A model generated the notes under the pieces. It did not search any database and was not told the DNA's origin. It worked only from the letters and a program-made list of their open reading frames with translations. The position numbers and the translations under genes are program-made. Positions 1-7,561 of a stretch of DNA of 64,000 nucleotides are shown in pieces. Origin of the DNA: Eubacterium sp. Its GTDB lineage: Bacteria > Bacillota > Clostridia > Lachnospirales > Lachnospiraceae. Each line of letters opens with the position of its first letter. Positions within the stretch are counted from its first letter, which is position 1. The stretch spans positions 12-64,011 of the forward strand of contig JALERM010000155.1 in assembly GCA_022764165.1 (NCBI GenBank), in the 5' to 3' direction.

Positions 1-43
1 AGAAACAACTGGATTTGCATTTGAAGGAAAGAAAGTGTTCATA

Positions 44-85
44 GCATGACGTGCACCTCGCAGCAAGTACGCCGAGGCGTACTTG
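44..85. repeat. Dispersed hairpin repeat, family H, copy 1
   Basis: GCATGACGTGCACCTCGCAGCAAGTACGCCGAGGCGTACTTG. 39/40 identical to 63961-64000 and 33/40 to 11546-11585. Perfect stem CAAGTACGCC/GGCGTACTTG. Confidence 0.85.
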
Positions 86-119
86 AATTAAAATAATACA
101 AACAGGGAGGAAAAGAGAA

Positions 120-269
120 ATGGCAGCAGAGCAATGGGTGAAAGAACAGGGATATACAATCCTGTCTGACGGAATAGAAAAACTTCCGTTCTGGGAAAAT
201 GGTGTGGCCTTCTTTATCATCCAGGGACCAAATCAGGAGCGGATTGAGTTTTGTGAAAGAAAAAGATAG
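120..269 (+). pseudogene. Short ORF (49 aa) resembling the C-terminal part of a VOC/glyoxalase-family protein
   Basis: Manual translation MAAEQWVKEQGYTILSDGIEKLPFWENGVAFFIIQGPNQERIEFCERKR*, with GGGAGG RBS at 105-110. LPFWENGV..F.I.GP..E.IEF resembles VOC C-termini. Below the ORF-track size cutoff. Confidence 0.55.
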
Positions 270-320
270 TATCTTGACTAATCTAAGCATTTCTGTTAGG
301 CTTAAATATAACATAAGAAA

Positions 321-427
321 AGCAATGACGGAAAAGAGTAGTTTGTTGGAATCTGAAGTGAAAAGTTAAGGTGGAACCGCGCGAATGCACCCTTAAGGAC
401 TTATCGTAGTCTTTTTGGGTGCTTTTC
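321..427 (+). promoter_or_regulatory. Degenerate (internally deleted) T-box leader upstream of thrS
   Basis: Stem-I-like start GCAATGACGGAAAAGAGTAG (322-341), T-box AAGGTGGAACCGCG (368-381), terminator GCACCC...GGGTGC+TTTT (387-427). Only about 26 nt lie between the stem I start and the T-box. Confidence 0.7.
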
Positions 428-492
428 TTATGTTGCATAATTCGGATATGTCTGTTTGAACAGACATGATAAACTGAAAGGAGATATAAGAA

Positions 493-1516
493 ATGAAGGT
501 TTTACACAGAAATGGAGAAATGACAGATGTTAGTTTTGAATGTCCGGAAGGTCGCGCCGCATTCTGGCATACGAGTGCTCATATACTGGCACAGGCTGTA
601 AAAAGGCTGTATCCGGAGACTAAATGTGCCATTGGACCGGCTATTGATCATGGGTTTTATTATGATTTTGAGTTTGGATTTGATTTTGCGGAGGAACACA
701 GGAGGGCTGTGGAAGAGATCATCGGAAATTGGGGCAGGAACTGGGACTGTTTGCGTTAATGGACGAAGGGCCGGGATTCCCTTTCTTTCTGCCCAAAGGC
801 ATGGTTCTGAAAAATCTTCTGATCGATTACTGGAGAAAGATTCATGCGAGGGAAGGATATGTGGAAATTTCTACTCCCATGATGCTGAACAGACAGCTTT
901 GGGAGACATCCGGACACTGGGATCACTACAGAGAAAATATGTACACGACAGTAACTGATGATACAGATTTTGCCATTAAACCCATGAACTGTCCGGACAG
1001 CTTCACGGACTGATGCGTGTACGCTGCTTTACTCAGGATGAGCAGTGCGGAACCATACAGTTGGATTTTCAACTGCCGATGCGGTTCGGAGCAGAGTATA
1101 TTGGCCCTGATGGAGAAAAACACAGGCCTATTATGATACACCGTGTGGTATACGGTTCCATTGAACGGTTTATTGGTATATTAATTGAACATTACGCAGG
1201 GAAATTTCCGGCCTGGCTGGCACCAGTGCAGGTGAAAGTTCTGCCGGTTTCTGACAAATATCTGAAGTATGCACAGATTATTATGCAGAATTTAATGGAA
1301 AATGAAGTCAGGGCCGAACTGGATGACCGAAAAGAAAAACTGGGGTATAAAATCCGTGAAGCCCGACTGGATAAGGTGCCGTATATGGTAATCGTTGGAG
1401 AAAAAGAGCAGAAAAACGGCACGGTATCCGTCAGATGCCGGGATCTTCGGACAGATCAGCAGGATATGGGTGAAATGCAGACGGAGGCATTGATACAGCA
1501 TCTGCTTTTACGATAA
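493..1516 (+). pseudogene. thrS: Threonyl-tRNA synthetase pseudogene (frameshifts and internal deletions)
   Basis: Three frames carry ThrRS motifs: [17 protein letters not shown]; RDHRKLG/HW.HY/KPMNCP; LHGLMRVR.FTQD/QCGTIQLDF/MIHR/APVQV. Total about 1 kb versus about 1.8-1.9 kb for a full gene. Confidence 0.9.
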
Positions 1517-1519
1517 AAT

Positions 1520-2125
1520 TTAAGTTTCCCGATACTGTCTGAAAACGCCTCGTACAGTTTCGTACAGGTGTGGTTTCAGTTCATCCAGTGGTACCGGCTG
1601 CTGATAAAGAATTGCATTGTAGCTGGTACCGCTGATCAGTTCGATGATGGTATACATCATCAGTTCCGGTGAACGGTAGGAATATTCTGCATGTTTCAGT
1701 AAATCCTCATAAATTTCATACACAGATAGCTGATCATCGTTTGGCGTAAAATAGAGAGAATTCTTGAAAAATCCCCAGCTCAGATGCTTGGCAATCAATT
1801 TTACCAGATTCAGATTGTTGGCCAGCTGATCAAGAATATGATCAATCATAAACATAACCTGATCCTCGAACTGAGAAATCTCCGGATGAACTGATAACTC
1901 ATTGTAAGCGAAGCGGAACACCTGATTGGCCTTATGTGCGATCAGATGATTACGGATATCATACTTGTCCTTAAAATAAAGATAAAAAGTACCCTTTGCC
2001 ACCCCGGCATGATTCACTATATCCGAAATCGATGTTTTATTAAATCCATTATCAATAAAGAGAGAAAAAGCGGACTCCAGAAGAGAGTCCCTTTTTTGTT
2101 GTTTATTATGCTCAGCCTTTCCCAT
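1520..2125 (-). CDS. TetR/AcrR family transcriptional regulator
   Basis: N-terminal HTH TSISDIVNHAGVAKGTFYLYFKDK. Divergent from the MMPL operon. Confidence 0.93.
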   Translation of the reverse strand: MGKAEHNKQQKRDSLLESAFSLFIDNGFNKTSISDIVNHAGVAKGTFYLYFKDKYDIRNHLIAHKANQVFRFAYNELSVHPEISQFEDQVMFMIDHILDQLANNLNLVKLIAKHLSWGFFKNSLYFTPNDDQLSVYEIYEDLLKHAEYSYRSPELMMYTIIELISGTSYNAILYQQPVPLDELKPHLYETVRGVFRQYRET

Positions 2126-2205
2126 AGAACAAACGTTACAATCCTTTCTCTGAAAAATTCATCATGTCTATATTATAAAAAGTACGAAAACCAAAAGTCA
2201 AATGA

Positions 2206-2243
2206 AAATATACTTTTTTTGTTTATTTGAGAACGGACGGAAA
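2206..2243 (+). repeat. Dispersed GGACGGA-type repeat, family G, copy A
   Basis: Contains TTTGAGAACGGACGGAAA, identical to the 18-mer ending at 7153. Confidence 0.7.
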
Positions 2244-2248
2244 AAAGA

Positions 2249-2327
2249 TGACTAAAAGTCAAAATTTTATATTTATTTTATTGACTATTAGTCATTTATG
2301 TATATAATAATTAATGACTAAAGGTCA
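2249..2327. promoter_or_regulatory. Three TGAC-N5-GTCA operators overlapping the sigmaA promoter of the MMPL operon
   Basis: TGACTAAAAGTCA 2249-2261, TGACTATTAGTCA 2282-2294, TGACTAAAGGTCA 2315-2327. -35 TTGACT 2281-2286, -10 TATAAT 2303-2308. Confidence 0.75.
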
Positions 2328-2355
2328 TAAAATGAATTGAAAGGGAGGAAGTATC

Positions 2356-4428
2356 ATGGAAAAACTGGGAAGGAAAATAGTGAAATTCCGAATTCCTGTT
2401 TTTGTCATCAGTATTTTACTGTTGATTCCGGCTGCCATTGGCTATATCAACACAAAAGTGAATTATGACATTTTGTACTATCTGCCGGATGAGATTGAGA
2501 CGATGAAAGGGCAGGATATTCTGGTTGACCAGTTTGGAACAGGTGCCTATTCGATGTTTATCTGTAAAGGGATGGAAAACAAAGATGTGGCCGGTTTGAA
2601 GAGTCAGATTGAGGAAGTGGAGCACGTTGCCAAGGTGGTATGGTATGACAGTTTTGCCGATATCAGTATTCCGATGGAAATGCTGCCGGAGAAGATCAGA
2701 AGCGCATTTAACTCTGATGATTCCACAATGATGTTTATTATATTTGAAACAACAACATCGGCAGATGAAACGATGGATGCCATTGAGGATATCAGAAGTA
2801 TCGCCGGTAAACAGTGTTTCCTGAGTGGGATGTCAGCGATTGTCACGGATACGAAGAATCTGGCGGAATCAGAAGTAGCTATTTATGTGTTGATTGCAGT
2901 CATTCTTTCAAGTATTGTGCTTGCACTGACAATGGAATCTTATCTGATTCCGGTATTATTTCTGCTGAGTATTGGTATGGCTATTATCTATAATATGGGA
3001 ACAAACATTTTCAAAGGAGAGATTTCCTATATTACAAAGGCCTTAAGTGCCGTACTTCAGCTGGGTGTTACAATGGATTATTCCATCTTCCTGTGGCATA
3101 GTTATCAGGAAAAGAGAAAAGTTTACGGGGATGATCATAAGGAAGCCATGGCTCAGGCCATAGCGGCGACCATCAAGTCAGTGGTTGGCAGTTCCATCAC
3201 CACAATTGCCGGATTCATCGCCCTCTGCTTTATGAGTTTTACTCTTGGCATGGATCTTGGTGTTGTCATGACAAAGGGAGTTATCTTTGGAGTCCTTTGC
3301 TGTGTAACGGTTCTTCCGTCGATGATTATGATTTTTGATAAGCCACTGGAAAAGACAAAGCATCGTCAGTTAATTCCTGAATTTTCAAAAGCTACCGATT
3401 GGGTAGTAAAGCATCATACATTGTTTGTGATCGTATTTGTCCTTTTATTTATTCCGTTTGTTTATTTTCAAGCAAATACAAAAGTGTACTATAATCTGGA
3501 TTCCAGCCTGCCGGATGATCTGGAAAGTATTCAGGCTAACACGAAGCTTCAGGAAGAATACGATATGGGTGCTGCCCATATGATTCTTCTGGATAAAAAT
3601 CTCCCGGAGAAGCAGAAATATCAGCTGATCAGTGACATGGAGGATGTGGATGGTGTGAAAAGAGTCCTTGGCCTGGAAAGTATCATCGGCCCCACATTTC
3701 CCATGAGTATGATTCCCGATGATATCAAGGAAATCCTGGAAAGTGATCAGTACGAGCTGATGCTGGTCATGAATGAATATCCGGTGGCATCTGATGAGGT
3801 GAATCAGCAGATTGACCAGTTAAATACAGTTTTGAAAAGTTATGATCCCAATGGCATGTTGGTGGGAGAAGCCCCTTGTACAAAAGATCTGATCGAGATT
3901 ACCGACCATGATTTTGCGGTGGTAAGTGCAGTTTCTATTCTGGCTGTATTTGCTATTATATTTTTCGTATTTAAGTCGATATCCCTGCCGTTTATTCTGG
4001 TACTGGTGATTGAGGGAGCTATTTTTATCAATATGGGAATTCCGTATCTGACAGGAACCACTCTTCCTTTCGTGGCTTCGATTGTAATCGGTACCATTCA
4101 GCTGGGTGCAACGGTAGATTATGCCATATTGATGACCAGTCGATATGAAAAAGAGCGGGGCTCAGGAAAAAATAAAAAAGAAGCCATACGGATTGCCCAT
4201 GAGAGCAGCCGAAGACCGGTGATGGTATCTGCTTTCAGCTTTTTTGCCGCTACGTTCGGTGTGGGTATGTATTCGAAAATAGATATGATCAGTTCTTTGT
4301 GCCTTCTGATGGCAAGAGGTGCATTGATCAGTATGTGTGCGGTACTGCTGTTTTTACCTGCTATGTTCTGGGTATTTGATGGGGTAATCTGCAGGACCAG
4401 CAAAGGTTTTAAGGAGGAATTATCATGA
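2356..4428 (+). CDS. MMPL/RND-family membrane transporter
   Basis: Two repeats of TM + extracytoplasmic loop + 5 TM, with LGVTMDYSIFL and LGATVDYAILM motifs (GxxxDY of MMPL). Confidence 0.9.
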   Translation: MEKLGRKIVKFRIPVFVISILLLIPAAIGYINTKVNYDILYYLPDEIETMKGQDILVDQFGTGAYSMFICKGMENKDVAGLKSQIEEVEHVAKVVWYDSFADISIPMEMLPEKIRSAFNSDDSTMMFIIFETTTSADETMDAIEDIRSIAGKQCFLSGMSAIVTDTKNLAESEVAIYVLIAVILSSIVLALTMESYLIPVLFLLSIGMAIIYNMGTNIFKGEISYITKALSAVLQLGVTMDYSIFLWHSYQEKRKVYGDDHKEAMAQAIAATIKSVVGSSITTIAGFIALCFMSFTLGMDLGVVMTKGVIFGVLCCVTVLPSMIMIFDKPLEKTKHRQLIPEFSKATDWVVKHHTLFVIVFVLLFIPFVYFQANTKVYYNLDSSLPDDLESIQANTKLQEEYDMGAAHMILLDKNLPEKQKYQLISDMEDVDGVKRVLGLESIIGPTFPMSMIPDDIKEILESDQYELMLVMNEYPVASDEVNQQIDQLNTVLKSYDPNGMLVGEAPCTKDLIEITDHDFAVVSAVSILAVFAIIFFVFKSISLPFILVLVIEGAIFINMGIPYLTGTTLPFVASIVIGTIQLGATVDYAILMTSRYEKERGSGKNKKEAIRIAHESSRRPVMVSAFSFFAATFGVGMYSKIDMISSLCLLMARGALISMCAVLLFLPAMFWVFDGVICRTSKGFKEELS

Positions 4429-7097
4429 AGAAAAAATATATTCAGGCAACAATGGCAGTGATGACAACAGCGTTGGCAGTATCTTTACCGGTGACAACCG
4501 TATCGGCTGCCGTGTCGGAGAAAGAACAGACGGTATATGTCAATGCCGACCAAAATGGAAATAATCAGAAAGTGATTGTCAGTAGCTGGCTGAAAAACCC
4601 GAAGAAGGAAAATACACTTACAGATAAAAGTAATCTGAACGATATCACCAATGTAAAAGGTGAGGAAACATTTACCGATGACGGCAAGGGAAATATTACC
4701 TGGAATGCACAGGGAAATGATATTTACTACCAGGGTACCACTGATCAGGAATTGCCGGTGGGGGTAAAAATTACCTACTATCTGGACGGCAGGGAAATGA
4801 ATCCGGATGAACTGGCCGGAAAAAGTGGGAAAGTAAAAATTCGTATTGATTATGAAAATAAAGCAGAGCGAACTGTGGATATCAATGGAAAAGAAGAAAC
4901 CATACACGTTCCCTTTTTGATGGCAACAGGAATGATTCTTCCCTCAGATACATTTTCCAATGTGGAAGTGACAAATGGTAAAGTGATTTCTGACGGACAA
5001 AATGAGATTGTTATGGGAATCGGTTTGCCGGGCCTTGAGGACAGCCTGCAGCTTTCCCAGGTGGATGGACTGGAAGAGGTAAACATTCCTGATTATGTGG
5101 AAATTACTGCAGATGTGAAAAACTTTTCCCTGGCTTTGACGGCAACCGTAGCAACCACAGGTACACTGAATGATCTGGGGCTGAGTGATATTGACAGTCT
5201 GGATGATTTGAAAGACAGTCTGGATGAACTGACAGATGCCTCCACCGCCCTTGTGGATGGCAGCCGTGAACTGAAAGAGGGAATAGAAACACTGGATACT
5301 TCAGCGAATGAGTTTGTGGAAGGCCTCAACAGTGCTGATGAGGGAACCGGAAAACTGAAAAAGGGAATTGATACGATGAACAGTAAAAAAGGAGAACTGC
5401 TGGATGGTATCAGTCAGCTGCTTTCTGGAATGGAGGCACTGGGAACCGGAGCAGGAGAATTGCAAAATGGTGTTAAGGCCTATACAGACGGTACGACTCA
5501 GCTGAACAGCGGCATTACACAAGTAAATGATGGTGCCGGTCAGCTGCAGCAGGGCATTTCCGTATTAAATGACAAAAAATCAGAATTGATGGCCGGAGTT
5601 GAGAAACTGGCAGCCGGCGGAAACACACTGGAACATGGGGCAGATGGTCTGCAGAGTGGTTTGGCTGCTTATATGGAAGGGGCAGATCGCCTGAATGCCG
5701 GAATACAGCAAATGCATAAAAAACTGGAAGAAAAACTGGGAAATGCAGCACAGCTTCCGGATGCTGTAGAAGCACTACAGTCCGGATGTGAAGGACTGCA
5801 GCAGGGAGCAGCACAGATCCAGGCTGGCGCTGATCAGGCAGCAGATGCGGCGCAGGGACTGGGAGATACGATGAATCAACTGAAAAATGCAGCAGATTCT
5901 GCCGGAAACTTGGCGGCACAGGCATCTGATGAGACGAAAGATATTCAGACGGAACTGGAAAACTTGAATGAAAAAGCTTCTGCACAGGCTCAAAATGCAG
6001 TTCAGGAAGAAAACAGAAAAGTGAATCAGTCAGCAAATGAGCAGGCAAATGCACAGCTGGCACAGATGAAACAATCGGTTGCACAAGCACTGGCATCTAC
6101 GAATCTGAGCGAAGAAGAAAAACAGGCAATTCTTGCCGGCCTGGGTTCCATTCGGGTGGATGTGGGAGTACAGACAACTGCAGCCGTATCCCTGGATTCG
6201 GAAGCATTGGAAAATGGAAAAACGGCACTTGAAGGAATACAGGCTAATCTTCAACAGATTTCGGGAAGTCTGGCTGACCAGACAACACTGACACAGGCAG
6301 GCGAAAATATGGAACAGCTGAAACAGGGATCTTTAAGTGTCAGTGAAGGAGCTGAAACCTTAGGAGAAAATACACAGATACTTTCTCAGACAGTAGAGCC
6401 ACTGAAAAATTTCTCCGAAATGGCAGAAGAATTGACCGGTGGAATCGGTGAACTGGAACAGGGAAGTGAAAATCTCTGCAGTAAAAATGAAGAACTCAGC
6501 CAGGGAGCTGCAGCAGTAACTGCCGGCACAAAAAATCTAAATACAGGAATCAGCAGTCTGGCTTCCGGTGCATCTGCTCTGGGAGATGGAGTGACACAAT
6601 TAAAGGCAGGAGTTGATACTCTGGTAACCGGAACTCAGAAGTTGAAAATAGGTTCCGATACTTTAATTGCCAATAACTCCACACTCAGCGATGGAACAGC
6701 AAAACTTACGGCAGGAAGCAGTGCTCTGATTATCGGAGGAAAAGCACTCCAGTCCGGAGGATTGACACTCAGCGATGGCATCCTGCAGCTGGCAGACGGT
6801 GCAGCACAACTGAAAGAAGGAACCTCCCGGCTGGCCGCAGGCGGAAAAGAACTGAAAGACGGAACAACAAAACTCCGCGACGGATCCGAAGAACTTGCCG
6901 ATGGAATGCAGGAATTTGACGAAGAAGGAATCCAGAAACTTACCGAAGCCCTGGGAGACAATCTTCAGAATGTACTGGACAGACTAAACGCAGCAGCAGA
7001 CGCCGACAAAGAATACACCGCATTCGACGGATGGGACAAAGACACAGACGGAAGAGTAAAATTCATAATAGAGACAGCAGCAGTTGAAGCCAGGTAA
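4425..7097 (+). CDS. Secreted YhgE/Pip-like protein with X-X-X-Leu-X-X-Gly heptad repeats
   Basis: Signal peptide (VSA|AV), globular N-domain, long L..G heptad coiled-coil (e.g. LADGAAQLKEGTSRLAAGGKELKDG). No C-terminal TM bundle. ATGA-coupled to the MMPL gene. Confidence 0.8.
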   Translation: MKKKYIQATMAVMTTALAVSLPVTTVSAAVSEKEQTVYVNADQNGNNQKVIVSSWLKNPKKENTLTDKSNLNDITNVKGEETFTDDGKGNITWNAQGNDIYYQGTTDQELPVGVKITYYLDGREMNPDELAGKSGKVKIRIDYENKAERTVDINGKEETIHVPFLMATGMILPSDTFSNVEVTNGKVISDGQNEIVMGIGLPGLEDSLQLSQVDGLEEVNIPDYVEITADVKNFSLALTATVATTGTLNDLGLSDIDSLDDLKDSLDELTDASTALVDGSRELKEGIETLDTSANEFVEGLNSADEGTGKLKKGIDTMNSKKGELLDGISQLLSGMEALGTGAGELQNGVKAYTDGTTQLNSGITQVNDGAGQLQQGISVLNDKKSELMAGVEKLAAGGNTLEHGADGLQSGLAAYMEGADRLNAGIQQMHKKLEEKLGNAAQLPDAVEALQSGCEGLQQGAAQIQAGADQAADAAQGLGDTMNQLKNAADSAGNLAAQASDETKDIQTELENLNEKASAQAQNAVQEENRKVNQSANEQANAQLAQMKQSVAQALASTNLSEEEKQAILAGLGSIRVDVGVQTTAAVSLDSEALENGKTALEGIQANLQQISGSLADQTTLTQAGENMEQLKQGSLSVSEGAETLGENTQILSQTVEPLKNFSEMAEELTGGIGELEQGSENLCSKNEELSQGAAAVTAGTKNLNTGISSLASGASALGDGVTQLKAGVDTLVTGTQKLKIGSDTLIANNSTLSDGTAKLTAGSSALIIGGKALQSGGLTLSDGILQLADGAAQLKEGTSRLAAGGKELKDGTTKLRDGSEELADGMQEFDEEGIQKLTEALGDNLQNVLDRLNAAADADKEYTAFDGWDKDTDGRVKFIIETAAVEAR

Positions 7098-7112
7098 GCA
7101 AAAGAGTATAAT

Positions 7113-7555
7113 AAAGTATGCTTTTTTGTAATTCGTTTGAGAACGGACGGAAACTTCTTATCATTTTTTCAGAAGCAGGCCGTTCCTCCTCAGCTAGCCG
7201 CTAACTGCGACTAATTGACGCTCAGGAGAGCCTTCGCGCCAAAGTCTCCGTAAGCGTCGGACGCCTTAGTGTGTGTAGCAACCTGCCAGTGGCTGGTTGC
7301 GGAGCTCTTCGGACTCACTTTTCCCAATGCTTCTGAAAAAATGATAAGAAGTTTCCTGTTGCATCCCAAGCGAAACAAAATGTGCACGGAAGGTATGCGT
7401 GTTGTACTTTTTTATAATACATATCCGTTGTCAAAACAGTAATGATAATGGAAAAAGTTCAACATACATCTCTCCCGGGCGCACTTTGTTATGTTTGGAA
7501 TAGAACATCAGAGATTCTCCGTCCCTTTCTATCGAATAACAAAAAAACATACTTT
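7113..7555. repeat. Composite intergenic element bounded by about 41-bp imperfect inverted family-G repeats
   Basis: 7113-7153 AAAGTATGCTTTTTTGTAATTCGTTTGAGAACGGACGGAAA versus reverse complement of 7515-7555 AAAGTATGTTTTTTTGTTATTCGATAGAAAGGGACGGAGAA. Confidence 0.7.
7149..7356. mobile_element. MITE-like 208-bp element with perfect 29-bp terminal inverted repeats
   Basis: GGAAACTTCTTATCATTTTTTCAGAAGCA (7149-7177) is the exact reverse complement of 7328-7356. The interior is GC-rich and non-coding with hairpin GCAACCTGCCAGTGGCTGGTTGC. Confidence 0.55.
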
Positions 7556-7561
7556 TGATGA

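Noticed and set aside
5200-6960. Apparent periodicity in the heptad-protein gene
   Set aside because: It is protein-level L-x-x-G heptad periodicity with no exact DNA tandem repeat. Covered under the CDS.
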